The notes: generated by a model not told the origin, from the letters alone. A DNA stretch of 59,671 nucleotides from Eubacteriales bacterium (GCA_045604985.1 JAZUPD010000045.1:1-59671); one strand, 5' to 3'. Positions 10,181 to 19,412 are shown, counted from the stretch's first letter. Made by a program: numbers and translations.

Positions 10181-11833
10181 ATGGAAGATAAAAACAGTAA
10201 TTTTATAGACGCTCTTATCGAAGAAGATCTTGCGGCAAATCCCGGAATGAAGGTTCACACTCGCTTCCCTCCCGAACCTAACGGATATCTCCATATAGGT
10301 CATTGCAAAGCACTTGTTATAGACTTCGGTACTGCTGAAAAATGGGGTGGACTTTGCAATCTCCGTATGGACGATACCAACCCTGCAAAGGAAGACACAG
10401 AATACGTTGACGCAATTAAGGAAGACATCCATTGGCTAGGCTTTGATTGGGGTGACCGCTTCTATTACGGATCTGATTATTTTCAAAAGGACTATGAGCT
10501 CGCGGTAGAACTAATAAAGAAGGGGCTTGCATATGTTTGTGAGCTTACTGCCGATGATTTCAGAGATCCAAAATATTGCGGCGACCTTACTCACCCCGCA
10601 ATATCCCCATATAGGGACAGGCCCATCGAGGAAAGCCTCGACCTTTTTGAGAGAATGAAAAACGGTGAATTTCCTGAGGGAAAGTACACTCTCAGAGCCA
10701 AGATAGACCTTGCTTCGGGCAACTTCTGTATGCGCGACCCCGTGCTTTATAGGATTCGTTATATTGAGCACCACCGTCAGGGTAATAAGTGGTGCTTATA
10801 TCCAATGTACGACTTTGCCCACCCCATTCAGGATGCTCTCGAAGGTGTAACACATTCCCTTTGCTCCCTTGAATATGAAATACACAGACCTCTTTACGAT
10901 TGGGTTATTCAAAATGTTACCGTTCCTTCAAAGCCCAGACAGATAGAATTTGCACGCCTCAACCTCACTTACACTGTTATGAGCAAGCGCTTCCTGCGCT
11001 CGCTTGTTGAGTGCAAGCTCGTTGACGGTTGGGACGATCCCCGTATGCCTACGCTTTGCGGACTTCGACGCAGAGGATATACTGCGGCTTCTATTCTTGA
11101 CTTCTGTTCCAGAATTGGTGTTGCAAAATCCAACAGCATGGTGGATTACAGCGTTCTTGAGCATTGCATAAGAGAGGAGCTTAACAGTACTGCAAGCCGC
11201 AGAATTGCCATTCAGAAGCCTATCAAGGTAGTTATTGATAACTATCCTGAGGACAAAGAAGAGATATTCGAGCTTCCCAACAATCCCACCTCGGAAAACG
11301 CCGGCACGAGACCTGTTAAATTTACAAAAGAAATCTATATTGATGCCGATGATTTTGCAGAGGTCCCGCCTCCAAAATTCTTTAGAATGAAGCCTGATGG
11401 CGAGGTGAGGCTCATGGGTGCTTACATTATTAAGTGCGGTAAGATCGAGAAAAACGAGGACGGAAGCATCAAGCTTATCCACGCAACCGCCGATCTTGAA
11501 GCAGGAAACAGCACACCTCTTGACGGACGCAAGATAAAGGGAACTATTCATTGGCTCTCAGCAAAATATGCTGAGGATGCAACTCTTATGCTCTATGACA
11601 AACTGTTTACAAAGGAGAATATGAACGAGGTTCCAAGCGCAGAATATGCCGATTATCTCAATCCCGAATCTCTTGTCATTCTCAAGAATGCGAAAATTGA
11701 GCCTTGCCTTAAAGACGCAAAGCCCGGCGAAAATTTCCAGTTTGTGAGAACGGGATATTTTTGCAAAGATACAAAATTCGAAAACTCCTTCAACCGCATA
11801 GTCGGTCTAAAGGACAGTGCATCTAAAAAATAA
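10181..11833 (+). CDS. glnS: glutamine--tRNA ligase
   Basis: RFPPEPNGYLHIGH, DDTNP, YPMYDF, MSKR, GWDDPRMPT, KGTIHW. Confidence 0.96.
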   Translation: MEDKNSNFIDALIEEDLAANPGMKVHTRFPPEPNGYLHIGHCKALVIDFGTAEKWGGLCNLRMDDTNPAKEDTEYVDAIKEDIHWLGFDWGDRFYYGSDYFQKDYELAVELIKKGLAYVCELTADDFRDPKYCGDLTHPAISPYRDRPIEESLDLFERMKNGEFPEGKYTLRAKIDLASGNFCMRDPVLYRIRYIEHHRQGNKWCLYPMYDFAHPIQDALEGVTHSLCSLEYEIHRPLYDWVIQNVTVPSKPRQIEFARLNLTYTVMSKRFLRSLVECKLVDGWDDPRMPTLCGLRRRGYTAASILDFCSRIGVAKSNSMVDYSVLEHCIREELNSTASRRIAIQKPIKVVIDNYPEDKEEIFELPNNPTSENAGTRPVKFTKEIYIDADDFAEVPPPKFFRMKPDGEVRLMGAYIIKCGKIEKNEDGSIKLIHATADLEAGNSTPLDGRKIKGTIHWLSAKYAEDATLMLYDKLFTKENMNEVPSAEYADYLNPESLVILKNAKIEPCLKDAKPGENFQFVRTGYFCKDTKFENSFNRIVGLKDSASKK

Positions 11834-11842
11834 AATACAAAG

Positions 11843-11869
11843 AAACCGACCCGCAATGCGGGTCGGTTT
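11843..11869 (+). terminator. intrinsic terminator after glnS
   Basis: AAACCGACCCGC-AAT-GCGGGTCGGTTT. Confidence 0.8.
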
Positions 11870-11883
11870 AGTTAAAGAAAGTT

Positions 11884-12159
11884 ATGAATTACATTCCGTA
11901 TATTTATTTTGCAATAATTTCTCTTGCTGCGATAATATTTAGCTGTGCCGATAAATTTCTTGCAAGGAAAGAAAAACGCAGAGTTCCCGAAAAAAGGCTT
12001 TTTCTTATTGCTTTTTTAGGCGGATCACTTGCAATGTACTGCACGATGTGTATTATCCGCCACAAAACAAAACACAAAAGATTTATGATGGGGCTTCCGC
12101 TTATCATGCTTTTACAAATACTTGTTTTAACTTGGCTTATAATTCTCTCTCATATTTAA
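11884..12159 (+). CDS. DUF1294-family membrane protein
   Basis: DK..A.....RVPE..L, GG, RHKTKH..F motifs. Confidence 0.85.
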   Translation: MNYIPYIYFAIISLAAIIFSCADKFLARKEKRRVPEKRLFLIAFLGGSLAMYCTMCIIRHKTKHKRFMMGLPLIMLLQILVLTWLIILSHI

Positions 12160-12172
12160 TGCGCCAAAAAAC

Positions 12173-12376
12173 TCAGCTTTTTTTCTTAACTCTTTTTTGT
12201 GTTCCGTCGGGATACTGAATTACCGTTGATTCCAGGGTCTGACCAAAGGAATATCTTATCTCAGCAATATATTCCTCGCGCAGAGCCTTCTGCTCTGCCT
12301 TTTCTTGCTCCGTAAGCCCTTCATTTTTTGATTTTTTTGCAAGAAAATTTATTCTTTCAACTTTTTCTCTTATCAT
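12173..12376 (-). CDS. DUF896 (UPF0291) family protein
   Basis: RINFLAKK...GLT..EKAEQ..LREEY. Confidence 0.85.
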   Translation of the reverse strand: MIREKVERINFLAKKSKNEGLTEQEKAEQKALREEYIAEIRYSFGQTLESTVIQYPDGTQKRVKKKS

Positions 12377-12377
12377 T

Positions 12378-12845
12378 TTAACCTATATAACCTTTCAAGA
12401 AGTTACTTGCCATATCGACATTATTCGCAACAACAAACACGACATACTTTCCTTTACGCACAAGAAGTGCATCCTCCAGCTTCGGCACCTGCTCTGCTGC
12501 GTATGAAGCAAAAAGCTTGATGCGTTCATCTCGATAGTTATCAAGAATGTCATATGCCTTCTCAGCACTCACCTCATCAGCACATTCCATTATAACATAT
12601 TCATCGGAAGTTATGGTGACTGAGCATTTGACACGAATAGTGCTGTAAAGCCCCTTCAACCCCAAATGTGTATCAACCGCCTCGCCCTCGACCTCAACAA
12701 GCTCAATATCGGTTCCTTCATATATCGCATCAAAATCAGCAGCAAGGTTATCAATATCAATGATTATTTCCTTTTTTTCGTCGCATGAAACAAGTGATAA
12801 AAGAATTGCGGCCAAAATAAGTAATATAACAGATATTTTTCTCAT
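12378..12845 (-). CDS. lipoprotein, DUF4358-like
   Basis: lipobox LVSC; F.SY..EQ..KL..A....KGKYV pattern. Confidence 0.7.
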   Translation of the reverse strand: MRKISVILLILAAILLSLVSCDEKKEIIIDIDNLAADFDAIYEGTDIELVEVEGEAVDTHLGLKGLYSTIRVKCSVTITSDEYVIMECADEVSAEKAYDILDNYRDERIKLFASYAAEQVPKLEDALLVRKGKYVVFVVANNVDMASNFLKGYIG

Positions 12846-12861
12846 TCAATCCTCCGAAATA

Positions 12862-13815
12862 TCAATATGCAAATGCGTGGTTTGAAATAAAGACGATTAT
12901 CTTTTTATTTTGCTCCGAATACATATGTATTCCATCTGCCGCAAAGCCATCGGGAAGATTGCCCTCTGCATCCGCAAAGAGATTATATGTATCAAGATAC
13001 CAACCGCCGATCTCGGATGCAAGACCGAGAAGGAGTGTGTTAAACTCTCTGATCCTGGCATTAGCAACGGAGCCTGTATAAATACTAACGCTTTTATCTG
13101 CGGCAATAGGCATGATTCCCATAATGCAAAATTCGGCATTGGGACAAAGAATACTTATCTGCTCAATAGCTGCTTTTACAGAGCGTACAAAAACACCGGG
13201 ATGTCCCCAACCAAGCTCATTGAGACCGAACATTAAATAAACTCTCTTGTAGTCTCTGCCGTCATTTTCTATCGCCTCCATAACTGTATAAGAGGTATCT
13301 GCGCTTACTTTTATGACCTTTTTTGTATTAAGCTGGTTTATGGAAAGTCCTACTGCAGAATAAAAGGTAGCACCGCAATCCTTCCAAGTCATACTGAGGC
13401 CCAGCATCCTTGAATCTCCTATAAAGAGTGTGTCGCAATAATAATCCTCTCCTACAACCGCCGTTTCAATCAGAATATGATCTCTAATATCTCCGATTTG
13501 TAAATTTCCGATATTTGAAACGGGTATCCCCGAAGGATCATCACCTTTAGTAGTATCGAAATTGCTTTCGGGATTTTTTGACTCAATGATTTTTCCGGCC
13601 CCCTCATCCAAAGCGGGAATTGCATCATCACCGAGAGGAAGCTTGTTCAATGTTCTAACCTTTTCAAAGTCCTCCCATGTTCCATTTCCCGAAAGGTTCA
13701 TGATCTGCAAAGCAGAGATCATAAGCATTGATGCAACACAAACGAGAAGAATCAATGGAATATAAAGAAAGATAATCTTCTTTTTTTTATTTTTACGATA
13801 ACTGTAACTCAGCAT
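12862..13815 (-). CDS. membrane-anchored SGNH/GDSL hydrolase
   Basis: N-terminal TM segment; FIGDSR, GLNE, DGIH blocks. Confidence 0.85.
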   Translation of the reverse strand: MLSYSYRKNKKKKIIFLYIPLILLVCVASMLMISALQIMNLSGNGTWEDFEKVRTLNKLPLGDDAIPALDEGAGKIIESKNPESNFDTTKGDDPSGIPVSNIGNLQIGDIRDHILIETAVVGEDYYCDTLFIGDSRMLGLSMTWKDCGATFYSAVGLSINQLNTKKVIKVSADTSYTVMEAIENDGRDYKRVYLMFGLNELGWGHPGVFVRSVKAAIEQISILCPNAEFCIMGIMPIAADKSVSIYTGSVANARIREFNTLLLGLASEIGGWYLDTYNLFADAEGNLPDGFAADGIHMYSEQNKKIIVFISNHAFAY

Positions 13816-14042
13816 CCTTGAAAAACAAACCTGCCCAATCTATATAATAAGTTTAAACTTCTAAATATATTATATCACTATCTAATATTTATGACAACAC
13901 ATATATTGTAAATTAACGTTCAAAATTCGACGCTTTTTGATATTTTACAATTTGTTAATAAATTCAACCCTCAAGAATACCAAAACACAATATTCAGCAT
14001 AAATATAATAATTGATAAGTTTCTAATATTTATCACAAAAAT

Positions 14043-14070
14043 AAAAAAAACACGGCAAGCCGTGTTTTTT
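14043..14070. terminator. terminator after the dockerin gene
   Basis: A-run CACGGC-AA-GCCGTG T-run. Confidence 0.75.
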
Positions 14071-14073
14071 ATT

Positions 14074-14451
14074 TTAATAAATATTCTCAAGATCATCAAA
14101 AGGAACTTCGTTATCGCCTATGCCTGGATTGTCGTCGGGGGTATTTCCGGAATCACCGCCGGGATTTGAACTACCGGGTCCAAGAGTTACCTTCCAAAGA
14201 GCAAGATACTGAGCAAGAAGAACTGCGTCCTTTGAATTTACTACACCATCATGAAGAACATCTGCAGCTTCCATTCCCTCTGCAGAAATATCAACCTTCC
14301 AAAGAGCAAGATACTGAGCAAGAAGAACCGCATCCGTTGTACGAATATCACCATCACAGTTTATGTCGCCGTAATTAACAGCAAAAATGCTAACGATTCC
14401 AACAGTACAGAGAACAGCAACAACTAAAATCCATGCTATAATCTTTTTCAT
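14074..14451 (-). CDS. secreted stand-alone type I dockerin protein
   Basis: signal peptide; YGDINCDGDIRTTDAVLLAQY and ADVLHDGVVNSKDAVLLAQY Ca-binding repeats; G/P/S/N linker and acidic tail. Confidence 0.85.
   Translation of the reverse strand: MKKIIAWILVVAVLCTVGIVSIFAVNYGDINCDGDIRTTDAVLLAQYLALWKVDISAEGMEAADVLHDGVVNSKDAVLLAQYLALWKVTLGPGSSNPGGDSGNTPDDNPGIGDNEVPFDDLENIY
14189..14328. repeat. 35-bp perfect direct repeat inside the dockerin gene
   Basis: ACCTTCCAAAGAGCAAGATACTGAGCAAGAAGAAC at 14189-14223 and 14294-14328. Confidence 0.9.
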
Positions 14452-14483
14452 AACAAAATCCTCACTTTTAATGAACTACATAT

Positions 14484-14512
14484 ATTTTACCATACAACGC
14501 ATATTATGTCAA
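14484..14512 (-). promoter_or_regulatory. sigma-A promoter of the dockerin gene
   Basis: minus strand TTGACA-17 nt-TAAAAT with TG extension. Confidence 0.7.
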
Positions 14513-14884
14513 GCACTTTTGTAAAAAAAACAAAATCGACAAAAACGCAAAAAAGCACAAGCTAACGTAGACGCCTTTCTTGACACCCGCAAAATGAGTA
14601 TAACCTGTAAATACCACTTATGAGCAAACCGTAACGCATTTTTCATAGCGTTAAATCGGTTCATAAAATCCGCAAATCCTCTAAAATACGGGCTTTTTGG
14701 GAGTTTTTCACATTGTGGCGTGTCATCTAATTATATTCCGTTTTGCCCCGTTTTTGGAGCTTAAATTAGTAAGCCGTTTATCAAGGTGCGAGATTTATCA
14801 GCAAATTTCAGCTAATTGGTTCGTTTCAAATTAAAAAATATTCATTCAAAAAACGAGCTGACGAATGTGAAGCTATGAAAAAGA

Positions 14885-14928
14885 AAATACCGCACAACAC
14901 TGAAAAAGTCAGTATTTATGCGGTATTT
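14885..14928 (-). terminator. imperfect inverted repeat immediately 3' of tRNA-Arg
   Basis: AAATACCGCA..ACTGA-AAAAG-TCAGT..TGCGGTATTT. Confidence 0.6.
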
Positions 14929-14929
14929 G

Positions 14930-15004
14930 TGGCACCCCCAACGCGAGTCGAACGCGTGATTAGTCCTTAGGAGGGACTCGTTATATCCACTTAACTATAG
15001 GGGC
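14930..15004 (-). tRNA. tRNA-Arg(CCT)
   Basis: reverse complement GCCCCTATAGTTAAGTGGATATAAC..GTCC-CTCCTAA-GGAC..GTTCGACTC..GGGGGTGCCA folds as a cloverleaf with encoded CCA. Confidence 0.95.
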
Positions 15005-15056
15005 ATCTTGCTAATAATATCGAATTTTTATCCCGAAATCCCCTCCTAAGGGGATT

Positions 15057-15106
15057 AACTGTTTTCCCTTAGGAGCGGGATATTATATCCTTATAACTAT
15101 GCAGTC
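15057..15106 (-). pseudogene. degenerate tRNA-Arg(CCT)-like 5' half (D-arm and anticodon arm, no T-arm)
   Basis: reverse complement ATAGTTATAAGGATATAATATCCCGCTCCTAAGGGA parallels tRNA ATAGTTAAGTGGATATAACGAGTCCCTCCTAAGGAC. Confidence 0.55.
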
Positions 15107-15122
15107 TTTTTATGACCCTAAC

Positions 15123-15152
15123 ATTTTACCACATCAAATAAAAAAAAGCAAT
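15123..15152 (-). promoter_or_regulatory. promoter of the tRNA transcript
   Basis: minus strand TTGCTT-17 nt-TAAAAT with TG extension. Confidence 0.6.
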
Positions 15153-15288
15153 AGTATTTATGAATTTTAACAAATTTTATGATTTATTTTTCTTTATCCC
15201 AATGGTATGATGCAAAAAATCATCTCTTAAAGTGCTATTGAACAAAATTTTTTGAACTTTAGATATAATAAAAAGAATACGCAGATTT

Positions 15289-16656
15289 TCAAAACACAAT
15301 ATCATTTGGATCAAAGGGAGTTTTTTGCGAAATATCAGCTGAAATTGAAGTAGTAACATCTCTGCTATCTTCATGCTTTAAGGTAACAGCACCGCTACTT
15401 ACGATATCGGTAAAGCTTGCGTTTTCATTCTGCATGAGGATATTGAGAACGGTCATATAATCTCGAAGCATTTCACGAGGAGTTATCATGGTATCCGCTC
15501 CTGCTTTTTCAAGGCAGATAGAAAGAAACTGTTCAATTTCCGATTCGCTTATTCTGGGATTCCAATTATAATTCTGTGCATAAAGTTTAGTTACTCTTCC
15601 GAGAAGTGCAAAAAGCTCTTCATCGCTGAGACGACGAAGCCTTATAACGGGACCTATGAGATTTTTATATCCTCCGAGAGCAAATCTGCTGTCACAGAGA
15701 CGGCTTCTAAGTGCTTCATAGCTAAAAAGACCTCGTCTCGTATCCTCTAGGAATTGAGGTGTCCCGCCAAGTATCAGATCAAGCCCCTCTGCTCTCCCCT
15801 GAAGCGTATCGTTAAACATCGAGAGGATTTTTTCATAGTTGTTCTCGCGGGAGATACGATGAGTTATCTTATAAAGATTTACGCACTCGTCAATAAAGAC
15901 CACAAGACCTCTATATCCCATCTTGCGAACGAGTGAGGCCCAGAGTTTTATAAAATCATACCAATTCTCATCGTCAATAATAACAGAAACAGAAAATCCA
16001 ATAGCGTTTCTCGCCTCGGTTTTGGTTGAAAACTCCCCTCTGAGCCAGCGCAGACAAGCACTTTTCTTTTCATCATCGCCGTTTTTATATGCCTTGTAGT
16101 ATTCACTCATAACATGAGCAAAATCAAAGCCTCCCACAAGATTTTCCATGTCTCGAAGAACAGAATATATCCTTTTTTCAAGTTCTCTTGAAAAAGCATC
16201 GGTCGATGGATCAACTCCTTCAGACGCTATCGAAGATCCAATAGCGTCTATCCATCTGGCGATTATTTTCTGGAGTGCACCGCCATCTGGCGAGGATTTT
16301 GAAGCCAAGTTTTTTATAAGCTCCCGATATGTTGCAATTCCCGTGCCACCGCTTCCGTAAAGGCGTCTTTCGGGAGAAAGATCAGCATCGGCACAAACAA
16401 AATCGCGCTCCATCGCATATCCTCTGATAAGCTGCATAAGAAAGCTTTTTCCGCTTCCATATCTGCCTATAAGAAACCTCATCGTTCCGCATCCTTCAGC
16501 GACATCTTCGAGGTCTGAAAGCAGAGCCGCTATCTCATCAGCTCTGCCGATGGCTATATAAGGTGCTCCGCTTCTCGGAACAACTCCTGCAGAAACAGAG
16601 GAAAGAAGTGTAGATAGTATCCTTTTTGGTATTTTTTGAGTATTATTATCCGACAT
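15289..16656 (-). CDS. DUF2791/BrxD-like P-loop ATPase (Shango SngB-like)
   Basis: AGVVPR.G, GRYGSGKSF Walker A, LRWLRGE, GLVVFIDE Walker B, YEALRSRL, TPRE. Confidence 0.85.
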   Translation of the reverse strand: MSDNNTQKIPKRILSTLLSSVSAGVVPRSGAPYIAIGRADEIAALLSDLEDVAEGCGTMRFLIGRYGSGKSFLMQLIRGYAMERDFVCADADLSPERRLYGSGGTGIATYRELIKNLASKSSPDGGALQKIIARWIDAIGSSIASEGVDPSTDAFSRELEKRIYSVLRDMENLVGGFDFAHVMSEYYKAYKNGDDEKKSACLRWLRGEFSTKTEARNAIGFSVSVIIDDENWYDFIKLWASLVRKMGYRGLVVFIDECVNLYKITHRISRENNYEKILSMFNDTLQGRAEGLDLILGGTPQFLEDTRRGLFSYEALRSRLCDSRFALGGYKNLIGPVIRLRRLSDEELFALLGRVTKLYAQNYNWNPRISESEIEQFLSICLEKAGADTMITPREMLRDYMTVLNILMQNENASFTDIVSSGAVTLKHEDSRDVTTSISADISQKTPFDPNDIVF

Positions 16657-18266
16657 TATTTAAACATCTCCTTGTAATCTTCAATAATACAATAGTATTC
16701 GCCGTTTTTTTCGAGAATTATATCGCCATAGTTTTCTGTTGCAAGCTCGTTTATTTCGTCCGCAAGAGAGTCTAGCATTCTTCCCTTCTCTCTAGCCAGA
16801 CTTATCTGCTTCTCGAAATTTTCATCCATTGCGGCATTTATGAAGTCCATAAAAGGCGCAAGCACATCGTTCAGCTTTTCTTCATCGCAATCTGATGACG
16901 AAGAAAATTCAATAGGCTCAATATTTTTTGAAAGGATTTCTTTTTCATCATTTTCAAAAGCTTCAATCAAAATATTTGTGGTCTTCCATGATTCTTCTTC
17001 AATTTTCTTTGCGGAATCAATAGAAAAATCACGTTTTGGAAGCTCATACAGTTTGTCATAATCATGCTTTTCTTCAACTTTTTTTCGTGCAGACCTGCCG
17101 CCAAACTCCGCATCCATATAATCGTCAATATTTTTTCTGATATTTATGGGCAAGGAATAGACGGTGAGACGGGATTTAATACCCAGATATGCTCGAATCC
17201 TATTTTCGGTATGCTTGACAACATCACTTATAAGAAAACGCATCTCATGAGACCCGGATATGGAGCAATAAGACACCTCGATTCGGCATTTCACATCAGG
17301 AACACACAAAGCACCGGCAAAAGCCTCGCGTTTAAGCTCTCCCGCTCCTACGAAAATGCTTCCTCCAAGCGTCCCGAGAACTTTTATAAGTGCGCCTTTT
17401 ATATACTTTTCGTAAAGAGGGGTGTTTTCGTAATTTGCATATTTGCTTTTTTTCCAATCATAATTTGAACATAGTTTCAGAAGCGCATCGGCAAGCTCGC
17501 CGTCAGAAAAGATTTCATTTTTGCTCTTTCCTCCGCAAATATAAAGTTCTTTGAGATTTGAACTCTCGAGTGCGGTCTTATAGGCACTCCCTAGAATTTC
17601 GGAAGATGGAGAAAGTCGGTGCAATAGGCAAAAATCGGTCACCCATTCCTTGAGAAGTGAGTCGAGCTTTGGATATTTTGCCCGATACCCTTGCCACACA
17701 AAGCATAGTTGACAAAGAGCTTTTTCTTTATCAGGCTCAATATTTATCAGTTCAAAAATATAAAGCAAAATATAGCTATATGAAGCGGTAATTGGTTTTT
17801 GCCGCCTTATTTCACCTCTCATATAAAGGTAAAATTCAAGTTGCTCCGGATCAAGCTGTGAGTACTGAGGTACATAGGAAAAATATTGTGGTTCGAGACA
17901 TTTTTGTGCATCGGCATAAAGATATTTTATCCCATCTTCACGAAACGAAGAATAATATGTGAAATCATCTCGTTTAAAGATTTTTACATTTTTAATAAAG
18001 GGATTTTCGGGAGAATATTCGATAGACGGAGCCGGAGACTCAATCGGAGGCTTCACAAAGGATAAACGCCTTTCGTTTTCATCGGTGGGGCGGATCTCAA
18101 TGGTTTTAAACTTATCATCCGAGGTGCTTTCCTTTGCTTTTAAAATGACCTCAACGGGCGTTGTGTCATAGGTATGAACAGAAAATGAGGCAGTCCTCTT
18201 TTTTTGTGGCAAAAGCTTGTCTATATCCCAGAATTCATCAAGGGAGCTTTTGTCCTTCTTATCCAT
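16656..18266 (-). CDS. TerB-N / TerB-C domain protein (Shango SngA-like)
   Basis: FSYVPQYSQL...QL.FY...R, SYILLYIFELIN (TerB-N); C-terminal DEINE......GDIILE (TerB-C); coupled to the ATPase. Confidence 0.78.
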   Translation of the reverse strand: MDKKDKSSLDEFWDIDKLLPQKKRTASFSVHTYDTTPVEVILKAKESTSDDKFKTIEIRPTDENERRLSFVKPPIESPAPSIEYSPENPFIKNVKIFKRDDFTYYSSFREDGIKYLYADAQKCLEPQYFSYVPQYSQLDPEQLEFYLYMRGEIRRQKPITASYSYILLYIFELINIEPDKEKALCQLCFVWQGYRAKYPKLDSLLKEWVTDFCLLHRLSPSSEILGSAYKTALESSNLKELYICGGKSKNEIFSDGELADALLKLCSNYDWKKSKYANYENTPLYEKYIKGALIKVLGTLGGSIFVGAGELKREAFAGALCVPDVKCRIEVSYCSISGSHEMRFLISDVVKHTENRIRAYLGIKSRLTVYSLPINIRKNIDDYMDAEFGGRSARKKVEEKHDYDKLYELPKRDFSIDSAKKIEEESWKTTNILIEAFENDEKEILSKNIEPIEFSSSSDCDEEKLNDVLAPFMDFINAAMDENFEKQISLAREKGRMLDSLADEINELATENYGDIILEKNGEYYCIIEDYKEMFK

Positions 18267-18419
18267 GATACCACCTCCAAAGGTTATTATATTATTATAT
18301 CATTCCGCAAAGTTTTTGTCAAGGCAAAGGAAAAAATAGAAATTTTTCAACTACTATTGAAAAAAACGCTTTTGCGTGGTATAATTATACGGAAAATATT
18401 TCACAAGAGGTGAACTTTC

Positions 18420-19412
18420 TTGAAAAACCCAATAAAAATCGCCATTCTTGGCTATGGCAACCTTGGCAAAGGCACAGAGCTTGCCATAAGAAACTGCCCC
18501 GATATGAAGCTCGTAGCTTTCTTCACCCGAAGAGACCCCTCAGCACTAAAAACGCTCACCCCATCCGTCCCTGTTTATTCGGTTGAAAAGGTCATGGAAA
18601 TGAAGGACGAGATAGATGTTTTGATCCTCTGCGGCGGAAGTGCTAAGGATCTTCCTTTCCAAAGCCCCCTCTATGCCGAGTATTTTAACATAGTTGACAG
18701 CTTTGATACCCATGCAAAAATCCCGGAGCATTTTTCAAACTGCGACGCAAGCGCAAAAAAAGGCGGCAAAACCGCTATTATTTCTGCGGGATGGGATCCC
18801 GGAGTTTTCAGCCTCATAAGAATGCTTGGCGGTGCTATACTTCCAATGGGCAAGGATTATACCTTCTGGGGAAAGGGTGTTAGTCAAGGTCATTCGGATG
18901 CAATAAGAAGAATTGAGGGCGTTCTTGATGCAAAGCAATATACGATACCCGTCACAGAAGCTATAGAAAAGGTCAGATGCGGAGAGACCCTCGAACTTTC
19001 CGCAAGAGAAAAGCATATAAGAGAATGCTTTGTTGTGGCAGAAGAACACGCTGACAAGGCTCGTATTGAAAACGAGATAAAGACGATGCCCAATTACTTT
19101 GCCGATTATGACACTATCGTTCATTTCATAAGTGCAGAGGAGCTCAAAAGAGACCACAGCGGTATTCCACATGGCGGCTTCGTTATCAGGAGCGGCAGAA
19201 CAGGCGAGAGCGGAGAAACCAAGCATATTATGGAGTTTTCTTTAAATCTCGAATCTAACCCCGAGTATACTTCAAGCGTTCTCGTCTGCTTCGCAAGAGC
19301 GGCTTACAGGATGAATAAGGAAGGCTTTGTCGGAGCAAAAACGATTTTAGATATTCCTCCCGCATATTTCTCACCAAAAGAATCCGAAGAGCTTATCCGT
19401 GAGCTTTTATAA
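18420..19412 (+). CDS. ddh: meso-diaminopimelate D-dehydrogenase
   Basis: GYGNLG, VDSFDTH, GWDPG, TFWGKGVSQGHS, HGG, NPEYT. Confidence 0.96.
   Translation: MKNPIKIAILGYGNLGKGTELAIRNCPDMKLVAFFTRRDPSALKTLTPSVPVYSVEKVMEMKDEIDVLILCGGSAKDLPFQSPLYAEYFNIVDSFDTHAKIPEHFSNCDASAKKGGKTAIISAGWDPGVFSLIRMLGGAILPMGKDYTFWGKGVSQGHSDAIRRIEGVLDAKQYTIPVTEAIEKVRCGETLELSAREKHIRECFVVAEEHADKARIENEIKTMPNYFADYDTIVHFISAEELKRDHSGIPHGGFVIRSGRTGESGETKHIMEFSLNLESNPEYTSSVLVCFARAAYRMNKEGFVGAKTILDIPPAYFSPKESEELIRELL

Noticed and set aside
14189-14328. 35-bp direct repeat as a mini CRISPR array
   Set aside because: Only two copies, a 70-bp gap, both in frame within the dockerin repeats, and no cas genes.
15289-16656. BREX system
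   Set aside because: No pglX, pglZ or brxC-type partners; the TerB-domain neighbour fits Shango better.
18270-18420. lysine riboswitch upstream of ddh (or dapA)
   Set aside because: The leaders are too short and AT-rich, with the promoter close to the start codon.
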